Source of the DNA: Vicugna vicugna
Taxonomy: Eukaryota
NCBI GenBank assembly: GCA_013265495.1
Contig: MU058226.1
Location: forward strand, 1,016,741-1,080,740
DNA: 64,000 nucleotides
Reading direction: 5' to 3'
Each line of letters opens with the position of its first letter. Positions within the stretch are counted from its first letter, which is position 1. Below, one piece after another: positions 26,966 through 38,900 of the stretch. Below the pieces are notes generated by a model that worked only from the letters and a program-made list of their open reading frames with translations, had not been told where the DNA came from and ran no database searches. The position numbers and the translations under genes are program-made.

Positions 26966-29030
26966 GGTCTCTTTCTAAATTTAAGTTCATTTTGATCCTT
27001 GGTTAATGACAGTTAGAGCTGAAAAAGATAACACGTCCACACAGTCATCTTACATTCAAATGGAAGAAGTGCTTCACTGATACACTCGTTAAAATATGAC
27101 TCATCCAAAAACAAAATCATGTTAGAAGCAGTTAGTAAAACTGAAAGTAAAGACTCATCGGGGAAAATCCCATCCGTTAACTATGAAAAGTTTCCCCCAA
27201 TTCCCAGCTTCTGTTTTTACATTTTCCCTTGTGCAGACTGATGGCAACCATTGTCCCCAGCCTCGAGATCTCCTAGCACAGTTGGACAGTAGCTGTTGTT
27301 GAGTCTAGAGGTGCAGCAAGAAAGCCAGATGGGAGGCCAGGCTCATGGCTTTAATTGCTGAGCAAAATGTTTCCTGATAACTAATAAAACAAAGTCTTGA
27401 CATTCATATCTGGCAGCATGAATGTGCTGCTGGTTTTCCCCGAGAAGTGAGGATGATACACAGACCACACTACACATTTTTTTTTAAAGTCTCACCTATT
27501 TATGAGCAAGAGAGAAAAAGAGATGGGTTCTAATTAAAGCCTCAGTTTTCTGACTTCTAACATGGAGTTTAAATATCTACTTCATACAGTTATTAAAATA
27601 ATTAAAATAAAACAAGGAAATAAAAGACTATAGAGGAAATGCTCCAACACAAAGATAATTTTCAGGAAACAGAATTAATTTCTCTGCAAACCTAACTGGT
27701 CTGGTGAGGATAGTTAATGGGAGTTTGATGTGAACATTTCCATATTTGTACATTTTCTGCCTGCCTGAATGGATTAAGTTGCCCAGGATATGAAAGCCTT
27801 AGAGAGAATAGAGAAGAAAGAAGTTTGTATTTAGCATCTTTCTTTTGCTCTTGTTTTTTTTCTCCCTCACCACAGTCATTCCCTGGAATTCAGTGTCTCT
27901 AAACATCTAACGGCCTTGCTCCCAGCATAGCCCCCTTTTCAAGTGCAGCGCCATGTTTGGGGTGGGCAGAGAACAGACGGAGGGATCTCTGGTTTGCATA
28001 TCCACTGCCTGGCTTCTCAGGAGGGACTTCTTGACTTGACTCAGCGGTTTAGATCTGGTGTGGTCAGAGTCACAGTTCACAGTGAGAGGGACTTGTTTAT
28101 CAAAGGAGGATCCATGTCAAGGGTAGAAGTGGAGAGGGTCTTCTTAAAAAAGAAAAGCAATGCTGTTAAAAGCATGTAAGTGATATGAATAAGTAATTTA
28201 CAGAAGAATAAATTCAGTTGGCCAATAAACATGAAATTATATTGTCTCTCTATAACAGAAATAAATTAAAACTATATTTCAGGGGAGAAGGTACTAGTGG
28301 TAGAGTGCAGGCTTAGCATGTATGAGGTTCTGGGTTCTATCCCCAGTACCTCCATAAAAAAAAAACCCCAAACCTACATGTATTTCAACTGCCATTTGCA
28401 GCAATATGAATGGACCTAGAAAATATTATGCTTAGTGAAATAAGACAGACAGAGAAGACAAATACTATATGACATCACTTACATGTGGAATCTAAAAAAA
28501 TAACACAAATGAATGTATATACAAGACAGAAACAGACTCACAGACATAGAAATAAAATTTGAGATTACCAAAGAGGAGAGGGAAGCGGGGAAGGACAAAT
28601 AAGGAGTATGAGATTAACAGATACTAACTACTATATATAAAGTAGATTAGCAGCAAGAATTTACTGTATAGCACAGGGAATTATAGCTATTGTCTTGTAA
28701 TAACCTGTTACGGAATATAATCTGCAAAAATAGTGAATCACTGTGCTGTACACCTGAAACTAACACAATACTGTGAAGCAACTGTACCTAAAAAAAAAAA
28801 AAAATCACACTTTAATTCTGAAGAAAAGGCCCTCCCAAATTTTTGTTGACTTTTAAAATAATCTATTGAGTGAAATTTACTTACTAAATAATCTATTGAG
28901 TGAAGCCCAAACAAACAAACAAAAAACTGGATGTATTTCAGTCTCTCCTGTTGATATGGGTATGAGTTGATGACGTTTTTGTGAAGCACTTTGGTACTAC
29001 CTGTTTGTTTGTATGTATGTATGTATGTAT

Positions 29031-29061
<31 letters not shown>

Positions 29062-30842
29062 TTAACAAAAATTTTTTATTGAGTTATAGTCATTTTACAA
29101 TGTTTTGTCTGGTACTACCTGTTAATATTCAAACTATTCATAATCTTTGGTTCAACATTTCCACTTAAATTAGAAATTCCTAAAACACTTTCCGTAGTAT
29201 ACAGAGAAATAAGTACAAGAATACTTTTGAGGCATTATGTATATCAGTGAATTATTGGGAAAAAAGTACTGAAATAGTTAAATGAAATAAGCTATGTACC
29301 TACAGTGAAATAGCACACTTGTCATTGAAACAAAAATGTCTACCTATATGGCCATGAAAATATGTCCACATGGTAAATGAAAAATAAAAGTTATAGAACA
29401 ATCTGAATTGGAAGAAACATTTATTTCAAACATCCCTTCCATCCATCTTTACTAATGTATGAATGGGGGGAAAAAGGGGAAATATAGAACAAATAGTTAA
29501 CAATGATTCTCTCTTGAATATTATAATGGGGCATTTGTATTGTCTATATTTTATATCTGCTAGACATGCATTTATGTTCCTAGTACCTTTCTAAGGTACA
29601 TGGATTGTACACTTCTCCCTTATATACATATTGTGTGTGTATATATATAATATATGTACTATATAAGTATATATTTGTGCTAAGTACTTGATCAATTTTT
29701 TTTATTTCCTCTCAAGGGCTTTTACCTTTTTTTTTTTTTACTGAATTATAGTCAATTTGCAATGTTGCATCAGTTTCTGTTGTGCAGCATAATGTTTCAG
29801 TCATACATATACATGCATATACTCCTTTTCATATTCATTTTCATTATAGGTTACTACAAGATATTGAACATAGTTCCCTGTGCTATACAGTAGAAACTTT
29901 TTTAACCTATTTTATATATAGTAGTTATTATCTGTAAATCTTGAACTCCCAGTTTATCCCTTCTCACCCCCTTTCCCCTCCAGTAGACATAAATTTGTTT
30001 TCTATGTGAGTCTGTTTCTGTTTTGTAAATAAGTTCAGTTGTGTCTTTTTTTTTTTTTAGGTGCCAGATATAAGTGTTATCATATGGTGTTTTTCTCTTT
30101 CTGGCTTACTTCACTTAGAATAACTATCTTCAGGTTCATCCATGTTGCTGAAAATGGCATTATTTTCTTTTTTATGGCCGAGTAGTATTCCATTGTATAA
30201 ATATACCACTACTTCTCTATCCAGTTGTGATAGTCAATCTTATGTGTCAGCTAGGCTAGGTCATGGCATCTAGATAGTTGGTCAAACACCAGTTTAGATT
30301 TTGCTATGAAGTTATTTTTTAATTGAGATTAACATTTAAATCAGTAGACTTTGAATAAACTGGATTACCCCAGATGATAATGTGGGTGGACCTTGTCTAA
30401 TCAGTTGAAGGCCTTAAGAGGAAGACTGAGGTCTCCTGAGGAAGAGGGAACTCTGCCTCCAGACTACCTTTGGGCACAGCTGCAACATTGAATCTTCCCC
30501 TAGATTTTAGACTTGCCAGCCCTCAAGAATTACATGAGCTAAAACCTCTTACTCTGTATATATGTAAATATATATGCATATATATTTGTATGAATGTACA
30601 TAATATTTATGTATGTATACATATGTGTCCGTATAGATACTTATTTCTTCAAATTCTCTCAGTGCATACTCTGTGTGGGATTTGAATTCACTTATGAGAT
30701 AGGTTGTAATTGTCCTTTCACTGTTTGATGTTGTGTGCCTTGTGTCTCCTATTGGACACACACACACATACTCATTCTTTAGATCCTCACTCAATAAATA
30801 CTGGAACTTGCTCTGATCCACTGTCTCTTGTTCTTACCTCAG

Positions 30843-31139
30843 GATCACACTCTCTGCAGTATTTCTACTCGGCTATGTCCGAGCCAGTTCTAGGAAAACC
30901 TGCATTTACTGCTTTGGGCTTTGTGGACGACCAGCCCTTCATTCGCTATGACAGTAAGGAAATGAAGGCAGAATCTTGTGTTCAGTGGTTGACAGAAGAG
31001 CCAAGTTACTTTGATGATGAGACTAAGATCTTCAACAGTCGGATGAAGATTTTCCACTTAAATCTGAGGAATCTGCAGCAATATTACAACAAAACCATGG
31101 AGGATGGTCTGAACACAGCACTCCCACAAAAGCAAGCAG
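30843..31139 (+). CDS. Class I-like gene exon 2 (divergent alpha1, with C-terminal extension)
   Basis: Acceptor ttcttacctcag; [37 protein letters not shown]...[19 protein letters not shown]; donor G|GTAGGT at 31140; 297 nt, phase 1-1. Confidence 0.9.
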
Positions 31140-33022
31140 GTAGGTGCCTGGGAGAAGCAGGGGGAAGCAGTGCTCAGCACTTCACCCCAAGCCTCAGGGG
31201 TGAAAGACCCTCTTGACAAGAATTCCCATGGGTCAGGCTGCAGCAGGAGAATGTGTACAAGTTATCACTGGAGAAGGAAAGCTGGCCTAGTCTGGTCACA
31301 ATGGTGTAGAGTCTGTTTGATATTAATTAATAATTAATACACAGATTAATTAAGTAGATTTAATAGGTCATGGATATATGCTTAGTATATGTCTTTTGGG
31401 TGCTGGAGGTGGGCAACCAGAAACATATAACCTGGTGTTTGTCTTCAAAGAGCTTACAACTAATATGGGAAGGTACTCATATGTCTGTGAAAACTTTACT
31501 GACCCTTTGATGCATACCCAGCGATGTCAAAGACAAGAACCTCCTTAAATACCAAGTGAGAAGCAGAGAAATAGTTGACTGTGGTTTCTAGGCGAGACAC
31601 CCCAGTGGTGAGAGTTTCATGAATGAGGTGGAACTTTATATAGACCCTGATGGAGGCGTGTGACTTAGGTCTACAAAGAAAATAAAAGGTGTTGTAAGTG
31701 GTAGGAAATTAGGGTGCAGCAAGGTATGGGGTGGGGTTCAGCAGCGTGAGTTCAGGGGATAGACTGAAGTTTAATCATTTCTAGGTAATGGCTCTTGAGA
31801 GTTTAGCCCTGTTGAAACAAGCCTGTAAAGGGCCTTGAAGGCCAAAATCAGTGAGAGGTACAGTTGAAGCTGAACACTGAGGTTGCTCAGCTTTTGCCCG
31901 TTGATCTTTCTAGGAGCATGATTTTGACAAGGGTTTGCTGGATAGTATGTTACAGGCACCGATGTAGTCCCTGCCTTCTAAGGGCTCACAGCATAAGAGA
32001 GTGATGATACACAATTAAGTTTGGTAGAGTGTGTAAGTGTCGGACTAGGAGCTTGAGCTGGGAGACTGTGGGAACCAAGGGGAGGGTGTGGTAAGTCCAG
32101 GCTGGAGTGATCTCCGGGTTAGTCATATTTGACTTTGAAATTCACATGAGAAAATTTTCAGAAGTTTGAGCTTTTGATGTTGTTTGCATCCTCTAGTACC
32201 TCATGGTTTAGTCTGTTGGGCTGCCATAACAAAACACCAGACACTGCATGGTTTAAGCAACAGAAGTTTCTTTTCTGACAGTTCTAGAGGCTGGTAAGTC
32301 CAAGATTAAGGTTCAGCAGGGTCACTTCCTGGTGAGGGCTCCCTTCCTGGCTTGCAGTCAGCCACATTCTCGCTTTCCTTGGTAAGTGCACATGGAGTAA
32401 GTGAGATCTCCCTTTCTCCCTAATCCCTGTTGGATTGGGGCTCCACTCTCGTGACCTCATTTAACCTTAATTACCTCCTAAAATCTCCAAATATAGTTAC
32501 ATTGAAGATTAGGGCTTCAACATCTGAATATTGGAGGGATAGAATTCAGCCCATAGCACTCAGGGAAAACTGCACTCAGCACTTTGTGCCCTCTTGCATT
32601 AATGCTGTGTAGTGTGATTCTGTTTTCAGGAACTTGCGCTTAGAATCTGAGACTCTGAGCACAGAAGAGACCTGTAAGTTCATAATCTAAGCCTCCATTT
32701 ACTCAAGATAAATGTAGATCTGTGGAGGTTGAATAACTGGCCCAAATTACACAGTTCATGGCAAAGCCCAAATCTGTAAGTCCCCATCCAAGGCTTTTTT
32801 AATACTTAGAACTAACCATAGACCATTCCCCACTGCAGAGCTGATAGCAAGTTAAAGACATCGGTATCAGGACAAAGCTAGTTTGTCTACAGAGTGTGAC
32901 TGTCCTCTAAGGAGAAGAGAAAAAATGGGAAGGGTTAGTGGAGGGAGCTGGAACCATGGATGGGAGAGGCCTTGAAGGCCCGCTCTGCCTAACTGACACT
33001 GTTTGATCCTTGGTGTGAGCAG

Positions 33023-33298
33023 GTCCCCACACCCTCCAGTTCGCCTACGGCTGTGAGCTCCATGAGGACGGCAGGACCACAGGGCACTGGCAGTATGGCT
33101 ATGATGGTGACGACTACCTGAGGCTGGATATGGACTCTCTGCAATACACCGCAGCCACATTCATTGCTCAATACACCAAACAAAAATGGGAGGCCAGTGG
33201 GAACTTCATAGAGAGAGACAAGAACTACTTGGAGAAGGAGTGTGTCCTGTGGCTGAGGAGATACTTGAAATTTGGAGGGGAGAGCTTGAACCGCACTG
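33023..33298 (+). CDS. Class I-like gene exon 3 (divergent alpha2)
   Basis: [32 protein letters not shown]...TKQKWEA...[24 protein letters not shown]; both disulfide cysteines present; 276 nt; AG/GT boundaries. Confidence 0.93.
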
Positions 33299-34110
33299 GT
33301 AATGACCTCCCGCAGCCCACCCACTCAGCCCTCCCCCATCCCCAGCTTGGGCCAATTCTCTCTCCAGAGTGTGGGTGAGGGGGCCTACCCCAGAAACTGT
33401 CCTAGCACAGCGGGGTAACATATTTATGTGGGGTGGGCGGGGCCAATGTGCTGATGGTGACGTCCCTACAAGCCAGAGGTATGGATTTGGAAGCTTCCCA
33501 TCTTGTGTCTCCCGGGCAGTGCCATCGGACCCACCCATTCTTTTTTTCTTTTTTTAAAGAGACTTTTATTTGTTTTGTTGTTGTTTGGTTGGTTGGGATT
33601 TTTTGGGGGGAGGACGAGTAATTAGATTTATTTATTTATTTTAAATGGAGGTACTGGGGATTGAACCCAGGACCTTGTTCATGCTAAACACACATTCTAC
33701 CCCTGATCTATACCCACCCTCCACCCATTCTTATTAGGCTAGGAAACTGCTCTCAGGAAGGCATAGAGCTACTTCATAGAATCTTGGCGATTTTTTACAC
33801 TTTTGGCACTTTCTTACTAGATACACTCCTGTGTGTGTCTAGAAACACTGACCAGTGGCTTGATAAAAGGGTGGAGCATGTTTGAAGAGGCTCTTATTTT
33901 GGAGAAGAATGTTAGACTGAGTTCTCACACCCCTGTCTGGAACCTGGCTTGACTTAGCTTAGTGTGGATCCCTCTACCCTTGATAGGAGACAGTTCCTGC
34001 CTCCTCCTGGTTAGCAGTCACACCATCAGGGGATATGGGTGTCTTGGTCTTTGGAGTTGATGCCCCTCAGCAAGCCCTTGTGTGAGCCCTCCCTGCTTTG
34101 TCTACCACAG

Positions 34111-34386
34111 AGCCTCCCAGGACACACATGACCCACCACCCCATCTCTGACCGTGAGGCCACCCTGAGGTGCTGGGCCCTGGGCTTCTACCCTGCGGAGA
34201 TCTCACTGACCTGGCAGCGTGATGGGGAGGACCAGGCCCAGGACACGGAGCTCGTGGAGACCAGGCCTGCAGGGGATGGGACGTTCCAGAAGTGGGCGGC
34301 CTTGGTGGTGCCTCCTGGAGAGGAGCAGAGATACACATGCCACGTGCAGCATGAGGGACTTCAGGAGCCCCTCACCCTGAGATGGG
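34111..34386 (+). CDS. Class I-like gene exon 4 (alpha3 Ig-C1, classical type)
   Basis: [92 protein letters not shown]; 276 nt; AG/GT boundaries. Confidence 0.96.
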
Positions 34387-34504
34387 GTGAGGGGGGGAGA
34401 CGGGGGTGGAGCTTCTTCTCAGGTAAAGCAGAAGCCCTTCTGGAGACCTTCAGCAAGGCCAGGACCCAAGCCTGAGGTCAGGGCTCCTTCCCTTCTCTTT
34501 GCAG

Positions 34505-34609
34505 ATCCGCCTCCTCGGCCCATCATGGGCATCATTTTTGGCCTGGTTCTCTTCGTGGTCATTGGAGCTGTGGTGGCGAGAGTTGTGATCCGGAGGAAGA
34601 GGTGCTCAG
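34505..34609 (+). CDS. Class I-like gene exon 5 (transmembrane)
   Basis: DPPPRPIMGIIFGLVLFVVIGAVVARVVIRRKRCS; 105 nt; acceptor ctctttgcag, donor G|GTAGGG. Confidence 0.9.
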
Positions 34610-35018
34610 GTAGGGAAGGTGGGGGGGATCTGAGTTTTCTTGTCTCACTTAGTGGGGTTTCAAGCCCAGGTAGAAATTTGCCTGCCTCGTTACTGGGAAG
34701 CACCACCTAGTGCATATGCTTACAAGTCTGGGGCCTTTTGCTTGCACTTACTCTTTGTAAGGCACATGTGAAAATGCAATATCAACACAGTGGATCTGAT
34801 GATGGGGATGTGATCTTCAGCAGTCAAAGGTCAGGGAAAGTCACTAATGAGGACAGACCTCCAGGGGGTGGTTGGTCCAGTCCCTGCACATCTGCTTTCT
34901 TCATGTTTCTGGATCCTGCCCTGGGTTTGCAGTCACGGCTCTGGAGACTTCCCTGGGGTCCAAGACCAGGGGGTTTCTTTACGGCCTCATGACCTGCTTT
35001 CTCCCTGGCTTCTTAAAG

Positions 35019-35066
35019 GAGACTATCTTTCCATAAGAAAAAGAAAGATCTACGCTCAGGCTGTAA
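35019..35066 (+). CDS. Class I-like gene exon 6 (cytoplasmic; boundaries uncertain)
   Basis: GDYLSIRKRKIYAQAV if the acceptor cttcttaaag (35018) is used; IYAQA matches class I exon 6; two candidate donors (GT at 35063 or 35067). Confidence 0.55.
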
Positions 35067-35218
35067 GTATTGAACAGGAGTGGAGGCAGAGGGTGAGCCC
35101 TGAAATCCTTGGGATAGTGCAGATGGGAGCCTCTGGGGAAGCTCACCCACCCAGTGAGTCCGTCTTTAGCCACATCTCCTCTAGGCTCTGGCCAGGTCCT
35201 GTTTTTTTTCTCCCCCAG

Positions 35219-35265
35219 GCAGTGACAATGCTCTCGGCTCTGATGGTCTCTCACTGATCCTAAAA
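35219..35265 (+). CDS. Class I-like gene exon 7 (cytoplasmic; 47 nt, one short of the usual 48)
   Basis: GCAGTGACAATGCTCTCGGCTCTGATG is homologous to class I SDSAQGSD; acceptor tcccccag; donor GTGAGA at 35266. Confidence 0.65.
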
Positions 35266-35351
35266 GTGAGACCCTAAATGGCCCAAAGTGGGAGAGAGGT
35301 CAAGGCAGAGGGGACACACTATGTTATGGCGATTCTTTTTTTTTTTTTTTT

Positions 35352-35399
35352 AAATATGGAACGCTTCACGAATTTGCGTGTCATCCTTGCGCAGGGGCC

Positions 35400-35450
<51 letters not shown>

Positions 35451-35456
35451 GAGCAC
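35352..35456 (-). pseudogene. RNU6: Processed U6 snRNA retrocopy with poly(A) and 14-bp TSD
   Basis: Reverse complement reads GTGCTCGCTTCGGCAGCACATATAC...GAAGCGTTCCATATTT. T-run 35336-35351; TSD TATGGCGATTCTTT at 35325-35338 and 35457-35470. Confidence 0.97.
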
Positions 35457-35562
35457 TATGGCGATTCTTTGAGTAGGACATTTTGAGCACATGACAGGCT
35501 GTTTAGAATTGACCCCTTACTGTGATTGACCTGAATTTGTCCATGATTATTTTATTTCACAG

Positions 35563-35960
35563 TCAGAAAGAATGGTTTGTGTGGGACTGAATGATGCAAG
35601 ATTTGTTCATGCCCTACCTCCCTCCTTTGTGACTTCAGATCTCCAACTTCTCTTTCTGCAACTGGTATCTAAGTATCTGTGTTCCCATTAGCATAATGTG
35701 AGGAGGTGGGGAGACTGCCCATCCCTGCCCCCAAAGATCCTTCACCACTCTGACCTGTGTTCTCATCCCTGATCCACTTTCCTATTCCAGCAGAGGCAGA
35801 GCAGGGCCATCTCCATCCCTGTCTTAGCCTCTTGTTGCAGTGAATTGCAGCTTCTTACTCCTTACTGAAAATAGGAATCTAGATATGAATTTGATTTTTG
35901 TAATTCTTGCCATGAGGTGGGGTTGGTGGGTTAATTAAAGGAGAGGAAGATTCTTAAATT
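35563..35960 (+). other. Class I terminal exon / 3'UTR with ATTAAA signal
   Basis: Acceptor ttatttcacag at 35562; class I 3'UTR motif ATTAGCATAATGTGAGGAGGTGGGGAGAC; ATTAAA 35934-35939 followed by GT-rich sequence. Confidence 0.7.
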
Positions 35961-38900
35961 TTGCAAGAAATGAATGGAAGCCCTGAGAACCTTCCAGAAT
36001 TTGTGTGTTTGCTGTGCTGAGTCTGTTGCAGGTGGGACAGGAGCTGTGAGGAGCCGAGTGTGTACGGGGCCTGTGCTCAGTAAGTGCTTATTGCCTCGTG
36101 GGCTTTGATGTGGTCACCACTCGGCTGGGTCATCTTTGCTGTTCCTTTGTCCTTGTACCTTCAGCAGAACCTTGTTCCACTAGGACCTGTGATCACAGGG
36201 GCTCAGACATCACCTGGACCTTGTCTTGTGTCTGAGGCTGAGCACAAAGTGAGGGCTTTGTGCGTCCAGGTCAGTCAGGGCTCAGGACGGTCTGGCCCTC
36301 AGCCCTCATCTCTTGGGTGTTTTTTTTTTTTTTAACCTTATTTCTGTAGAGAATTATGTCTCTTCTTGTTCTTGTGCATGAGGTCTAGTCTCATTTTCCT
36401 CTGGGTGTCCCCTGTCTCTGACAGGAGCAGGAGTGATTTTGCCTATCATTGTCCCTACGAGGCCCAGGGGGTCCTTGCTCACTGAGGTGTCTGTGGTCTG
36501 GAAGAATGAATTTTATGACTCATCCATCTCTTGCCATCCTTCCAAGGCTATTTCCTGGGTTGTTCTCTCATCTTTTCCCCAACTTTTCTTTAAGGAAGCA
36601 GATCCAGAATTAGGAGAGAGGAGGGATCTGATAGTTTCTCATCTTAGAGAAACTCCTCTTATCTTCTCTTCTCACTTACTCCCTCTCCCTGCCTTTAGCT
36701 AATCCTAGTGCTGGCTCCAGTCCAGACTCATAGATTTATAAAGCCGAGTCTAATTTAGATTACAGTGGATTGGAACATAGGACCCATAGGTCAAGGACCA
36801 TTGTTTTCTCGAGAGGGAAATGAATTTGTGTGCTGCGGTGTGTCTGAGGAGTGGTGCGGGAGGAAGGAGGTGGAGGGAGGGAGGGGAGAGCTATGCTTGT
36901 GGGAAAAGCAAAGGAGCATTGATGTCAATGAGGATAGATGTGCTGTAGCTGCCACAGAGCAACACGTGGCCTTAGGCTACAGTAAGAAAGATACTTCCTG
37001 TAGAATACAGAGGTGCTGTCCACTCATCCTTCATTCACCCACTGTATATGTTGTGTGTCAGATACATGACACACTGTTTTTGCATTTAAGGGGCCTCAGA
37101 AAACTAAAGCCAGGCAAAAGTTGTCGGCCTGTAGAGCATGTTCTGGTGAGAAGGAGCCAAGTGTACACCATAAGCATAGTAATAAGTTAGAAGGTGATAA
37201 ACGTGTTGAGAAAGGTGTCCTAAGTCTCAGTCCATGGGGACAGGGAAGATGGCTGTTTTACTAGGATGGTCAGTGTGGGCCTCATTGAGGTGACCTTTGA
37301 GCAAAGATGGGAAAGACATGATGGAACTGTCCACAAGGATGTCCGGAGCAAGTTCTTTCCAGGCAGGAGACCCTCCAGGGCACATGTACTAGGACAGGAC
37401 TGTGTGTGTTCAAGGAAGAGCAAGGAGGCTGGTATGGTTGGAGCAGAGAATAATTCGGATGAGATCTAATGTCCATCCAGATCATGTGGGCTTTGAGAAT
37501 ATTGGATAGGTTTTGACTTTTCTCAGAGGAAGATATAGCACTCCAAGACAGTTCTGAAAGAAGAGAGACCTGGTGTGACTTCTCTTTAGGTTTTAGAGGG
37601 GTGGGGGGGTAATTAGGTTTGTTTGTTTGTTTGTTTATTTTAATGGAGGTACTGGGGATTGAGCCTGGGAACTCGTGCATTCTCAGCACTGAGCTATACC
37701 CTCCCTATAACTTCTCTTTAGATGCAACTGTCTGTTTGCTGTGCTGAGTATAGAATCGAGAAGTAAAGGGTGAGGAACGCAGTAGAGGAAACTTTAGGAA
37801 ACGGTATGGTATCCAGGCTGGAAAGGCTGGTGCTTGTCTGGGTGTGATCAGGGAAAGTAACAGGCAGTAATTGGAGCTGGATCTGTTTAAAGATGGGCTT
37901 AACAGCATTCCCTAATGGATTAAATATGGGGTATGAGAAAGAGGAATCAAGGGGGACATCAGCACTTCCGGACTGTGCAAGCAGAAATATGGAGCGCCAT
38001 CAGTGGAAACAGGGAAGACCCTGGAAGGAGCGTATTTGAGGAAGCCACATTATGGGCATTCAATTTAGGAAATGCTGAATCTGGCTATCTATGAGAAATG
38101 TAAGTGAGGTTGTCAGATGGACATACATGTCTGGAGTTTGGAGAGAGAGATTTTGGAAGTGACACCATATAAATGCTACTTGAAGCCTGAACACAGGTGA
38201 GGTCACCAGGGGAGTGATGAATAGAGAAGAGGAAGGAACAAGGACTGAACCCAGGACCGCCCCACCCCTGCCCCCAGTGCTATGCAATTCTGTCAGATCA
38301 CACACTGAGCAGACTGCACAGTTCTGACACCGCACCTAGACGGCACATAGACCAGGAAGTCCCATACTTACCTGTGCACAGGAATTACCTGGACATCTCA
38401 TTAAGATCCAGTGGTCTGGAAAAGAGCCTGAGATTCTGAATTTATAACAAATTGGTGCTGATGCTGCTGGTCTTCTGATCACACATTTAGTAGCAAGAAT
38501 ATAGACCAGGATTCCCACATGGCTGTGCATCAGCCTCACAGGTACAGCTTGTGAAATAAGCAATTCTTGGGTTCAGTGCCCAACATTCTGAGATGGTGGG
38601 TCTGGGGAGAGGCCTGAGTATTTTGCAACAATCCCAGCAAGCAACCCTGGGGCTCAGCCAGATTGGGAACCATTGAAGTCAGTGATCAGAGATCACTCAG
38701 GTGGAGGAGGAGTCTTAAATCCACAATTAAATGTTGTTTTTTCCTGTGAAGAAAAGGCAAGGCATCCATGTTGTTTTCTCTACCCTGGGGTTTGTAGCCA
38801 GGTCGGACTGAGGAAGTGGTTCTCAGCTCGGCATAAAGAACATCTCTGAATCCGTGCTCTCTGAAACTATTCCCTACATTGACTTCTCACTCACTTCTTG

